64,000 nucleotides of DNA. It comes from Antedon mediterranea. Taxonomy: Eukaryota; Animalia; Echinodermata. How positions within the stretch are numbered: position 1 is the first letter of the stretch; every line of letters begins with the position of its first letter. Of the stretch, positions 26,593-39,794 are shown one piece after another. The notes beneath the pieces are model-generated. The model ran no database searches, was not told the DNA's origin, and saw only the letters and a program-made list of their open reading frames with translations. Where the stretch lies: the NCBI RefSeq assembly GCF_964355755.1, contig NC_092678.1, positions 5,906,422 to 5,970,421 on the forward strand, given 5' to 3'. Made by a program: the position numbers and the translations under genes.

Positions 26593-27996
26593 GATAATGA
26601 CCATTCGTATGGGACACAACTATTTAGGAGACACTTTGAAAGAAATGAGGGGCAATGCTTTAACAATACGCAACCCCTCTTCAGGGGACAATCTTATTAA
26701 AGGGACACTTTATTGAGTCCCAAAGATCTCCCTTTAAATAGTATTCCGAATGCAAACCTGCTTGCGATTTGGCGCTACTGTAGTTTGTATCTAATGGGAC
26801 ATTAAATCAAAACATCTTTTAAAGGCCTAAAACAATAACAAACTACTCGAATTATACCACTTTAATTTATTAGTGAAAGAGATATTTATAGAAAGCTTTT
26901 CTAGTTTAAAAACAATATGCAAAATCTGTTATACAAATATCAAACGATATACATTGTCACACATAATAAAAATAAGTGTTAAATATATATTTAATAACGT
27001 GGAATAAGCAATCAACCACACGCGCACGCACTTCGGAAAAAAAAATCTACACAAGATTAAGCGAAAATAAAAATTATTAATTTTTACAAGAAAGACAATG
27101 TTTATGACAAATATAAAGAAAGTAACTTGAAATGAAAACTGATACTAACTTAATAATTTAGAATATAATAGTTCTTGTTCACACTAAAGTCATGTCCAGT
27201 ATAATTAACAGCAAAATGGTTCAATAATCTTTCTAATTTATAAGCACCCGATTCTCTGTATCATCTCCTAATGAGCTTTTATAGATTGGTAATTTACACA
27301 AGCTCATTGGTATTACATATGGCATATTTGTTTCAGTATCATGGCAAATTCGGTAATAAAGCGTCACATATGTATAACATGTACTGACTGTATCATGGCT
27401 AATGTATGATACATGTGGCACTGTATCTCACAAATTGACTATGATACTGGAAAATGCAAAGAATCGGCTATTCTGAGAACCGTTTAAATCCTAGACATTG
27501 TTAAGTGTCTGTTTACCATTCTGATCACGAATATTAAATATATTACAGTGTTTTGATACAGTATGAACATTTTTGCATAAATGGGCACAATTTAATGTGA
27601 ACTCAAACGTAGTATAAATACCATCATTGTGAAATGGAGCATGACGATGTCACATACAGTAATAACACGTCATCTTTAGGCCTACAAACATATAATAATC
27701 ATTCAAAATATTTTTTTGTACAAATAATTTATTATTTCATCCAGACAGTGTGACATCAAACTTAAATAAAACAAGCCAGCACAAACATTTAGTACCTTAC
27801 TAACGATTTTGGAAGAATTGTGGTCCAATTTCGTTTTTAAATCATCATTTAGTATTTTTATATATACATATATATTTATTGTTTTCTTTTCACAAACATT
27901 TATACATTACATGTACAATGACACCATAAATCCATATGCATTTTATCTGCCATATCAAGGTTTGTGGTACCATTAATAAGAGGAGGAATTAGCAAG

Positions 27997-28205
27997 CACG
28001 TCAGCATCATTTTACTGCAGTTACTGCAGTAACCACATTTTGTTTACACTTTATCATATTTATGCAATTTTAAGCAAGCTTTTTTCGGTAATCATACAGT
28101 GTTTCTTGCAATTACCATCAATTATGCTGCAGTAACAAAAATGTAATTGCTGCAGTAACAAAAATGCAGTTGCTGCAGTAACTGCAGTAGAATAATTTTG
28201 ACATG
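27997..28205. mobile_element. Unclassified MITE family D (CATGTCAAAATTATTCTACTGCAGTTACTGCAGTAA-like TIR)
   Basis: Inverted ends cacgtcagcatcattttactgcagttactgcagtaa / ttgctgcagtaactgcagtagaataattttgacatg. Relatives at about 3495, 30640, 30850, 34090, 38950, 45960 and 57620. Confidence 0.7.
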
Positions 28206-30239
28206 ATATCTGACCATGCACTTGCATCAACTATTTTAAAAGGTTTTAATATTGGAACTTAAAATGTTCCCACAATTTTCCTAAAACGATACCATGGGAC
28301 AAAAATACAACACATGATCGCCCTTACTTCTAACCTACTAGTGTAAGATGGGACTTTTTGTTTTTGTGAATTTTTTTAATATAGCAATAGAAACTCTCCT
28401 TTGAGAAACCCTTATTTAGAGGACATCCCTATTCAAGGGATACCCCTATTCAGGTGATACCCCTATTAAGGGAACGCTTCAAGTAAAATCATCATCATTT
28501 TAGGGTCCCAAAGGTGCCCCTCTAATAGGGGTTCTTCTGTAGGCTTTATTACAGTAGGATCAACCAATTATTTACTTATTTACAACATTTATTGTGACAA
28601 AAGGAGTCAATGCGTACCAACTTCAAACCGACACATAACGCAGCGCTTAGTAGCAAAAATAAAGTTTGAGGTCGTTAGCTTTGATACTCTTAGTGTACAC
28701 ATTTACAAATTTATAAATGAGGAAAAATAGAGATTGCATATCAAACATCAATGGCAAGAGAATTCAATCCCACAGGATAATACATGCATAGGGAAATTAT
28801 AAAGAAAAAGAACCAAGGCAACCCTTATTGAAGAGACACATCTGGTAAAAGAACACTTTCCTGTGAAATGAATCAGGGGCAATGTATGTTTTAACATCAT
28901 ATGGCCAAACCCTATCAGGGGACACACCCTTATTAAGGGAACACTATTAAAGGGAGACACCTATTCAGGAGACACAATATTATCTATAATATAATTTTAA
29001 AAATAAGATGAATATGTGGAAAATGTATGATAAATAATTCTATATTTTCAGACATTTTTCCTGCTTTTTGTACATTTTTTATACCTGAATAAACAAAAAT
29101 ATGTTTTAACATCATATGGCCAAACTCTATTCAGGGAACACCTTTATAAAGGGGAAACACTATTAAAGAGACACAGTTAAGAGACACCCCTATTACCAGG
29201 ACACTATGTTAGGTCGTGAATGTGTCCCTTTAATAGAGGTTCCTACTGTAAATGTATCATTTAATATTCAAGGCAAAACTGGGTTGATACAAGCTCTATC
29301 TAATTCTGAATTAATTGGCCTAATTTCAGATTTTTCATCTCATATTTGTGTCACATTTGATTAGATTTTGAAACGGTAACCTAGTTACAACTGTATCAAT
29401 TGTTTTAACAGCTGTTGATGTTTTGTCTGTGCTTTTCAACAAAATAATATGCAATGTATCATATAATAAATATTAATATTTTTTAACAAGATTGAGGAAT
29501 AACATAATAATAATAACAGATTAATTAACATATTAATCATTTAGGTCCCAATGTTACAATAAAGAGACGAACATTATTATTTTGACATAGAGTAGAGTTC
29601 CTTCTTTGGGACACCAATATTCATTACATGGGAGACCTATTAATGGGGACGATTTCGGTAGAAACTGTTATTTCCTTTAATTCATTTGGACTGAATTAAA
29701 TAAACAAAATAAGAAATGAATAAAATTACCAAGGAGAAATGCATGTTTTAATACTATAGCCAACCTCTATTCAGGGGACATCTCTATTAAGGGGACAAAT
29801 TGAGGAGTCCTGAAGGCAATTGTGTCCTTTTAATAGATTCTACAGTACATGACCATAGTATAACAAAATAGGCCTACAGTACTGTATTGTAATATACATT
29901 AAATACATATAAGAAATGCATATAAGAAATACATATAAGAAATGCTCTTATCCCATTAAAATGGAGTAGATTTAAAAGTAACCTAAGGGAACATTACTTA
30001 CCCGTTGATTAAGTTAATAAACAATTGGAAGGAAATATTACAGTACTTTGTACTTAATTTACTATTAACATATTTTAATGTAAATTGAAAATAATTTTTT
30101 ATTTTATAGTTGTTTATTTATAAGTAATTTAGCATTTACATATATAAACTATAGGCTTAATATAATTAAGTTATTCTTTTAAGATATTAACTTTATCATC
30201 ATCTATATTATATATATTATTTGTAATAATTAGTCACTG

Positions 30240-30420
30240 GTTGGAGGTACACACCTAATTGGCGACAGTGGCTTAGGCTGTTTTGTGCTTTCCTGGCAGC
30301 TAGTGGCTATGATTTTATATTTTCTTTTGCGTTGCGTTTGTTTAATTTGTTGATTTGTATTATATTTTGTAAAATGTATCTTTTGCCTGAATAAATAATA
30401 ATAATAATAATAATAATAAT
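30240..30420 (+). mobile_element. LINE (CR1/L2-like) 3' end with AATAAA and (AAT)n tail
   Basis: A short GC-richer block, then a T-rich stretch, then aataaa(taa)n. Similar tails at about 36800-36890, 38780-38885, 41340-41430 ((TTGAA)n) and 13445-13500 (minus strand, (ATTG)n). Confidence 0.45.
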
Positions 30421-30798
30421 ATTAAAATGTCATGCTATAAAGGTCTGTCAGTGTTGTGACATTAAAAGTATAACATTACAGTGTCAAAAACTCAAGGGTA
30501 CAATTATGAATTTCAAAATAAATATAAAATCTTGTCCATCCTTAATTGGCTCGCGCATAATCAAAAATAAAACAAGTTATAATGGTTGTTGGTTGTTGTA
30601 GAATGTGCAGATAGATAATGGATCATTTTAAAATTATTCTAATGCAGTTACTGCAGTAACTACTACGTTTACTATTTATTTATTGCAGTAAAATAAATTT
30701 TACATGATTCCAAAACAATATATTATAAATATAGCTAAAATTTCCATTTTAATTTATTTGTATCTATATACATTACAGTATATTTTATAATTTATTAT

Positions 30799-31084
30799 TA
30801 ATTTTTTAAAATCATATTTTTTAACTGGAAAGTATACAGAATTATTCTACTGCAATTACTGCAGTAACTACATTGTTTTTACTGCAGTAACTACATTGTT
30901 TTTACTGAAATAACATATTATTTAATTCGTTTCAATGCAGAAGTCACTGTAGCAAACAATGAATTTGATTAGTCAGAAAAAGCTTCCTAAAAAAACAAGT
31001 TAAAAGCGAAATGTAGTTACTGCAGTAACTGCAGTAGAATAAGTCTGTATACTTTCCAGTTAAAAATATGATTTAAAAAAATTA
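30799..31084. mobile_element. Family D-derived foldback with inverted arms of about 75 bp
   Basis: 30799-30874 is the near-perfect reverse complement of 31009-31084. Confidence 0.8.
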
Positions 31085-31424
31085 TGTATGGTCCCTTTAT
31101 ACAAGGTTATTAATCATATCCAAACACTAATGCTAAATACTAATTAAATTTTGTTTAATTAGTTAGTTACTAATCTTGAGTATTGATGTTTCTTCAAATA
31201 TCTAGTTTGGTTCAACAAATGAACATGTTCTTGTAACCAAGTCACGTCGACGTTTGATCTTTATTTTGTATTAAGTTAATCAATTCGATCGAAAGAAAAA
31301 AACCATTATCGCTTCAACAACAAACATTAAAGGGAAAATTAGATATTTCAGAGAAGAGAAATATCTATAAATCAAATGAAAAATATTATAGAAAAAAAAT
31401 ATATATATATATATAAAAGTCTAG

Positions 31425-31640
31425 GTACTGTATCTAGATTTCTCCAGTATCATAGGAATATTTGGTAATACAACATCACATGTGTTTTACAAGTATCTCC
31501 TAATATCATATATCATAATATAACCATTAACCTTACATGATAGGCACTACATGTGATGCACATGGGATGCTGTATTACCAAATATTCCTATGATACTGGC
31601 ATATTGTAGAATGTGGAGGTACAACATTGAGAATCAGGTG
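31425..31640. mobile_element. Family C MITE copy
   Basis: tactgtatctagatttctccagtatcataggaat ... attcctatgatactgg ... gagaatcaggtg. Confidence 0.55.
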
Positions 31641-34600
31641 AAAAAACTTAGAAAATGAGAAAAAAAAATAATTTTAAAGCAGAATTAAAACTAAAATTGA
31701 GATAATAGGAACATGTTATGTTTTATGTTATGGTAATGACCCCATATTGACCTTACAACATGTTGATATGGTACCATAAAACACCATTTTGTTGTAGCAA
31801 AATAAATATGTTTTATAAGATATTTTTCTTAAACATTCATATAAATCTGTGTTTGATTAAAGTGGAAAAGTTTTGGAAATGAGATGGAAAAATGAAATTC
31901 AAAATTGTCTGACAGAACAATATTTGAAACATGTATCTTATCAATACATCTTGGGAAATATTATGACGACGACAACTGAATATAAATATTTGTATTAGAA
32001 TTCAAAATGGACGAATTCTAGCATTTAATGTTTGCACACTAAGTAGACATAAGGGTGTAATAAGCCGTGCAACACACAATCCAAGTAATAACAGTTACGA
32101 AATAACGCATAACGATGATATACCCTTAATACAACATAGATTGTCCCTCGTGCCGTGCATGACAACTGCGAATAAACACGCGTGATGAAATACTATACGG
32201 ACGCACGCTGGATTAGATTTTAAAAGATGAAAATCGCAAAGTGTAAATTCTCGAGGAAATGTGTAAATTCCAGGTTAAGATATAATAAATCACATTCAAG
32301 GTATGGACAATAAATGGAAACATTAAATTCCTTCGCTAATACATCTAAATTTTATTTCCAAGGATATGTTTGTTTACTTTCCTAGTTCACTTCAAATTTT
32401 AATTTATTTATTTCTAGTAACCAAACTTCATTATCATATCATGTACATTAATATAATATATGCGCATAAAGAAGAATAATTCAACTTTATAAGGGTTTCT
32501 GAATTTTATCTTTACAAATTAAATTATTTATCACATTAAAAAAATATACCTCATGAAAATTTGTTTAAATTCAAAGCGACAGATGTATTTAGTACATATT
32601 GAAAGAAAAAAATATTTTTCACGAATCTAGTACTGAGTGAAAGTTATACATTTGAGTGATGATTACCGCATGGGACAAATTTGAATAACTGGGTCAAGAA
32701 AACCTATGTACAATAAAACATATTTGAATATGAAATATGTATTAAAAATGACAGAATACGGTAAAATATTCATAAAGGTATGTGTATTGTAATGGCGTGA
32801 CATAAAAATTCTAAAAATATCTATAAATATTGTAAATGGAATTAATAAAACTAAAATCAATAAATTTTATTTGTTCTATGTATATTGTAAAATATGAGCA
32901 GCTAGTCGAGCGCAATCCTTCAAGTATGTTGTCGTTGGTTCAAATCTTAAGTTTAATTTGATTCACAATTTATGGTCTATCAGTTAAGTGCCATCTTTTA
33001 GAATATCTTATCTTTTGTTCAAATTACTGAATGTTAAATTCAATTTTCTTATGAGCCATTACCACAGAAAAAGTGCCATACTTATGTTTCTGTATTTTGG
33101 GTTCAAATCACTGAATAAGTATAGATTTTGACTGCCAAATGTAATGCAACTTTTAAGGGGGAACTTTCATAGGTTTTGAAGGTTCCCCTTAATATGGGTT
33201 CTAAGGAGATTTAAATTATAAATAAATAAAGTGTCTTTTAGACTGTTAAATTAATCATTAACTTTATTATTCTATGAATTGAACAACCTATTAGAAATAT
33301 TTAACCGCAAATATTTAAACTCAAATATTTCAAATATTATAACAACCACAACAAAAATGTAAATAGCTGACAGGTTTTACAATGAATTAAGAACATTGTG
33401 GCAAATAGGTGTCATTCTGTAAAAAATGTGTGATTTATGAATAATGCATAATTCAATATACATGATTAGCCTTTGTGAGTAGCCACTTTCATTCAAAACA
33501 TTTTATTAATTTTCATAACTGGCTAAACTGGCCCAAACAATATGAAATATTGGTAAATTTCTGTTTTACATTTTGCAATATCATGACTACAGTATAGAAT
33601 CCTGTTCAGGGGACACTTACAGTTTAATGGAACGAGGGGAAATATATGTTTTAATACTACAGTCAACACTTTGTTGGATCCTGAAGGTCTCCCCTTAATA
33701 TTGGTTCTTTCACTTATAAGAATATTTTTTTAAACAGGATACTTGAAGTCTGCACATAACCTTTTTTTTCTAAAATTTTTTTTTTCCAAATTGTAAATTA
33801 ATTTTGTTAATTGTTGGGAAAAGAGATGAATTATCATGTGACATATCATCACATGATATATCACATGTGCATATTCTTGGAACTCTTATTGCTTCTGGCT
33901 CCGGTTTTTATTTGCATCGTCCCTTTGGTCAAATGCAAATAAAAAAGGAAACGTTTTCTAGACAAAACCTGTTTATGTAAATGAATTATCACATCATTAA
34001 CACAGCTTAGTTTGTTGTATGTACAGGCTTAACAATTTTAAATGCAAAATTACAAAACAGGTTAAAGAGATAGCAAAATGTAGTTTACTGCAGTAACTGC
34101 AGTAAAATAATTTTAACATGGAATATATTTACGTAAAACCAGACACATTGTCTACAAATACTACCAGCAATTATTAATTACATAGGGAGTGATGATTTTA
34201 TGATCACATGTTGTTTATAATATTAATAATTTTATCTATGAAAGTTAATGTATTTCAATCAAATATGACATTAATGAGAATAATGTGTAGTTTTATTAAA
34301 TAAATTTGCCAATTTTTTAAAAACTTGAGTCATATAATAATTAATTATCATCAATAATTTCTATTAATAACCAACATGACTGTCTTATAAGTTCTATGAA
34401 ACAAAATTAGAGGACCCCAATAATCAGGGTTGCCCTGAATTAAGTTTGGCCTCAGTGGTAATAATTTTCCACTCATTTGTTTAATAGAATCACACACTTC
34501 CCCACCAGCTACAGTAAACTGTCCTTATGAACTAAATTTTGATATCTATTTTTAACACGCTAAAATCCTGGATCTGCCCTGAATAGATTTACTAGCTAGT

Positions 34601-35269
34601 CGATGCAACTTTAATTTCTGGTAACCGGAATGCAGTTATGTGGGGTTTGTTCTGGTTTTGATAGCTTTTCGGTTGCATGAATCAGTTTTTTAAACGGCAG
34701 CAAATACATGGCTGCAGTCACATGCGCAAATTTGAGTTAGTTTACCGAACAACCGACCGACATAGTAAACTGAAAATTGGGAAGTTGCGCTGATTTCTGA
34801 AATGACATTTTACATATTGAAGTTCGTTTTAGGACATTAGACAAACATCGAACATTAAATTGATCAAATCCAGTCCAGATAATGTACACAATACCATGAA
34901 TATATATACACACACAAAGATTAATATTTTGTATAAATTACTGTCCCAAAATGAAAGTTTGATAATATCATGCCAGATGACATCAGCAACTAATGACTTT
35001 CAAAGCATGGTTTAGTTGTGAAGTCACACATTATAACAACATGAGATAATAGCATTTTACATTTCAGTGAAATGAACAATAGTTAACAACATTAGTATTG
35101 TCTCCATATGGTTTGAAATGTTCAGGAAAAAAAGATACAAACTAAGGGAAGAGTTATTACGAGTCTATAATCGTGTTTATGTTATGTTTTTAGAGGTTAG
35201 TACAGTACATCACAAAATCTTAGTAAGATTATCAAAAATAAAGAAGCAGGTCTGACATACAGTCCTCTT

Positions 35270-35512
35270 TTGGGACACCTCTATTCAAGGGACATCTCTA
35301 TTCAAGGGACACCGCTATTCAAGGGACACCGCTATCCAAGGGACACCTCTATTCAGGGGACACATCTATTCAGAGGACATCCTTATTCAGTGGACATCCT
35401 TATTCAGGGGACATCTCTATTCAGGGGACACCTCTATTCCGGGGACACCTCTATTCAGGGGACACTTCTATTCAGGAGACACCTCTATTCAGGGGCCACC
35501 TCTATTCAAAGG
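35270..35512. repeat. 17-bp minisatellite (GGGACACCTCTATTCAG), about 14 copies
   Basis: Visible array; it accounts for ORF 35270-35533. Confidence 0.9.
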
Positions 35513-36059
35513 ATTTTTATCCATATGCCTTAAAGGAGACACTTTGTTCCTAAAAGTTTCAACTTAGATAGAGCTTCTACTTTGATAAAATAAATGTATT
35601 TGCATAAGCAGGTCTGGGTTGGATGGGGGAGGAGAGTAGAGCCGACAAAGGTAAAATTTATCTTATTATTTACAGCAAATATAAAAATAATCGCAAATGT
35701 TGAACACCTTTGATTGCACGCAAATGTAAAAAGAAAAAAATCCATTTTATCTCAAATGTAAAACCAAGTGCGAGTGGGAAGACCTATATGAATAGTATAA
35801 ACAGAATAAAAGTGTAATAGTGAAACAAACAGAAAAACCTAATACAGGATTTTATCAACAAACAAAACTAATTAAAATTGTTTGGCGTGATGAAAAACAA
35901 AACAGTATAGGCTATAAAAAATCAAATATGAAAGCTGTGTTTCACTATCTAAACCAACCACGCTGACAACAAGACCAAAACCACTGACTAAGATACCAAG
36001 ATATAAAAAATAACAATAGTATTATTGTCCATAATCCAGGCTGATGGCTCTGTTCACGA

Positions 36060-36390
36060 AGACAATGTGTGAAAATGCTATTAGGAGATTCCTCACTTAA
36101 TACACGTGTGATGTCAACGTCCCGAGGATAATGAATACCACAATTTTAGACGCTTTATCATAATTATCACGGCATTACCACTGCGTAACGGACAAACTAA
36201 AAGTGTGACATGATAATTATAACAATAGGTAATTTGTGGATATCACGAGTTGATGTATCTTATTGGAGGTCAGTGACCAAGGAGGTGGATAGCGATTATA
36301 TTGACCTTTCTACAAAGTGGCAAAGAAAACAAATCAACCAGAATAACGAAGACGGAGAAGCTACGCAATGTTTTCACGGTGAAGGTAAAT
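36060..36390 (+). mobile_element. Possible highly decayed RTE LINE 3' fragment
   Basis: Remnant translations resembling the CYRR.L and RP.RRW motifs, with many stops and frameshifts. Confidence 0.2.
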
Positions 36391-37539
36391 AGCAACATGT
36401 TGGATGAGAAAAAAAAACATTAAAAGGACACCTTTGAGACCCAACAAAATGTCCACTTAATAGGCGTGTCCCTTGATTAGGGGTTGGCCGTAGTGTTAAA
36501 ACCTTCCCTACATGGTTAAAACCATGAGGAGTGTCGCATAAAGAGGGGTGTCACCTAAAGAGGTGTGTCCTCTGAAGGGGTGCCCGAAGAGGGAGTACAC
36601 ATGTTTCACTTTCCATAACTTGTTTTGATATTTATTTATGTTCTGTTTATTTTTATATACCTTTTTAAATTATCAATTCAAACCTATGATACTGTAGGAC
36701 AATTTAATACAGTACCTGTATTACCATGTTGATAATGATTTTTCTTTTATATTTTTGCAAATAGTTTAAGAACCTGTATCCGTCATATAATGTATTTTTT
36801 TGATGTATTATGTTAAATTGGATGCACCACTTCTCTGTGGGCCACCGATGCAAAGGTGTCATTTCCTAATAAATTATTATTATTATTACACTATAGAAAC
36901 AAAATCTCAAATATATAAATAGGAATTAAAGGCAAGTTAATTAATTTTCAATTTCCATAATTTAAAAAGTTACTTACAATGGACAAAGCAGAGTATTTGT
37001 CATAATTAATGCAAAAATGCTTCTATTTTCAAAGAACATAATTCAACAAGAAAACAATACAATTAAAATTTATTGCATAAAAAAATTGTTGTTCAAATAA
37101 TTCTTGTTTTATGATTTAGGTACGCCGTTCTGATATGTTTTTTTTGATTAAACAATGTTAAAAACAAGATGTAAGCAAGGTGAACAACCTATAGTTCAAT
37201 AACATTGGATGTTAATTAAGAATTCTTACAGGACTCTAATATTGTCAAAACTTGAAAATCAAAAAGCAATAAACACGATTTCACTTTCTATTTCCGGTGG
37301 ATCATATTAGATATTACATTATCAAAAAAAGTGTTGTGTGCGCAAATATGGTATTGATATTCCCAAATATGGTAGAGATATGACATCATCATGTCCATAT
37401 ATGGGCACATTACATTTTTTTGTTTGATAGTGTAGACAGAGCTTAACACAAAAAAATGTTACAAATATCTAGTGGTGTTCCTTGGTTTTTGATAGTCAAA
37501 AAGAAAAAACAAAACAAACTTAGTACTGTACCAGATATA

Positions 37540-38192
37540 TAGTTGAACCTCTATTAAGGGACACCTTCGGGACCCAACAAATGGTCCCTTAATACGGATG
37601 TCCCCTAAATACAAATTGTTTACATAATTATCCATCCATTGTATATTGTTGTCTCATAGAAAGAATTCTACTGAACTCGCCAAGTGTCCCCTTTACCGAC
37701 CCAACTAAGTGTCCATTTAATAAGGATGTCCCCTAAATACCAATTAGGAATAGTATTAAAACACATATTTTGTTTCAATATGATTGTCTCATAGAACTCG
37801 GCAAGTATTCCCTTAATAAGAATGAAGTGTTACAACCTTTGGTTAAAATATACAATATACTTCCTTTTGTTCATTGAACAGGAAAGTTTCTCCTAATAAT
37901 GGTGTCCCTTGAAGAGGGGTTGTTAGTATTACAACATATAATGTCCCTTGCTCGTCGTAGGTGAAAGTTTCCCCTAATAATGGTGTCCCCCAAAGAGGGG
38001 TTGTTAGTATTACAACATATAATGTCCCTTGCTCATCGTAGTAGGTGAAAGTTTCCCCTAATAATGGTGTCCCCCAAAGAGGGGTTGTCTGTAATGTTAC
38101 AACATATATTGTCCCTTGTTTGTTTTATGGGAAATTGTGTCATCTTAATATGGGTGTGAATATGGTGTCGAATAGCAGGGTTTCTACTCTAG
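37540..38192. mobile_element. pogo/Tc1-type MITE family (CAGTAGAACCTCTATTAAGGGACAC-like terminus) with an internal repeat of about 83 bp x3
   Basis: Left end tagttgaacctctattaagggacacc, right end gaatagcagggtttctactcta, with a tandem unit at 37880-38120. Many other fragments of this family occur in the window (e.g. 7570, 11390, 28390-28542, 28900-29250, 29600-29845, 36425-36600). Confidence 0.55.
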
Positions 38193-38945
38193 TAGTATTG
38201 GAGAGACTTTTCTTAACCGTGATTGGAAGGATGCAGCTGGAAATAATAAAAGCCTGTATGATGTAAATAGTACATTTAAATGACAAATGTATAGCCTAAT
38301 TATTATGCATCTGGGTTTATGTGATCAATATATACATTTGAAATTAGCATAGAAATTAGTTATTTAATATTATTCTGACCTAATTGTGGTAATATTGTTA
38401 AATAGTCTGTGTGTTACAGATAATAAATAGCAATAATTTAGTTAAGAATGTGGGTATTTTAATTTTCAGAATACAGTTTCGCTACAACTAGCATAAACAC
38501 AAAAGGAACTCCCTCTGGGTTGGCTCTGCCACTGCTCTTATGACCAAACACGCCAAAGCATTCAAATAGAGCAACAAAGCGCATTAAAACATGGCAGAAG
38601 TGGGTAATTGCTCATAGTGACAACATTTAAATTTAGCAAACTTGAAATGCTTATGGGTACAATCATTCAAATTTAGCGGCGAAAATAAATGTGACATGTG
38701 CAAAGTTATGCTCACATATTTAGAAATAAAACTATGGTTTCACTGACATTATGTGATTTTATATTGATTTGTATTGATTTGTATTTGGTATGTTTATTTG
38801 TTACTATCAGCAGTGTATATAAGAGGAATTTCTGATGTATGTTTTTATATATTGGACCAAATAAAGAATAATAATAATAATATTATCTATACTACTATTA
38901 TGTAATTAGTACTGTGTGGGATATTAAACAGAAAGAAGCAACCAT

Positions 38946-39492
38946 ATGTCCAGTTAATCTACTGCAGTTACTGCAGTAAATACATTTTGCTAAATCTTTA
39001 AAGAAAATCATGAAAAATAAAGATTTTTAAAATCGGACTTTGAATAGGCCATTTTGCAGTTTTAATGAAGTTGTTCACTTCCATAAGAACAAAAACGGGG
39101 GAAAAAAATTATTTCACCAATAAAAAGACAAAATAAACAGTTAAATTACCCAAAAACTCATTGTCTTCAAGACAATTTGACCATTTTTTGCTTTAAATTA
39201 CATTTTCTCAGGTAAATACATTTTTTTCAGACCCAATTTTTTGTGAGAGTGAATAACTATTATGTGACATTAAAATAACATATTCAACAAAAAAATTAAC
39301 AAAACATTTTTTCTAGGGGGACAATATATCTTTAACCTGTCTAATGCAATTATTTAGCAAACTTTTTCCTGGTTTATTGTTATCATACTGATTGCCTCAT
39401 AAACTTCTACATTGAAACAAACTTTATATCATGTTATTAAAGTATCAAAATTGTAGTTACTGCAGTAACTGCAGTTGAATAATTCTAACATG
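38946..39492. mobile_element. Family D MITE, longer copy
   Basis: Inverted ends atgtccagttaatctactgcagttactgcagtaa / ttactgcagtaactgcagttgaataattctaacatg. Confidence 0.6.
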
Positions 39493-39794
39493 ATCCCCAA
39501 GTCAATAAAATACAGATATCCATTATTAATATCAATTGCATATTTGGAATGATTAAAAACAATAAACAAGTATAATATCTTCTCATCACAAAATAACTAT
39601 AGAACAATGTTTCAACTGTTATAGTAATAACATCTGAAAAAGTATACTTTAACGTACGCAATAAATATCAAATATCTGGAAATAAAACATAATTCCATAA
39701 ACTACATAGAAATAAAATACAACAAATTATCAGAGACAATGGGAATAATCTGTAATTAGTATGGCAATATCAGATAGCTAAAACCAACTGTATA

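Noticed and set aside
38470-38603. Plus-strand exon candidate after a good acceptor (YSFATTSINTKGTPSGLALPLLL*)
   Set aside because: No phase-compatible upstream exons were found; candidates at about 32228-32272 and 34665-34735 do not join in frame.
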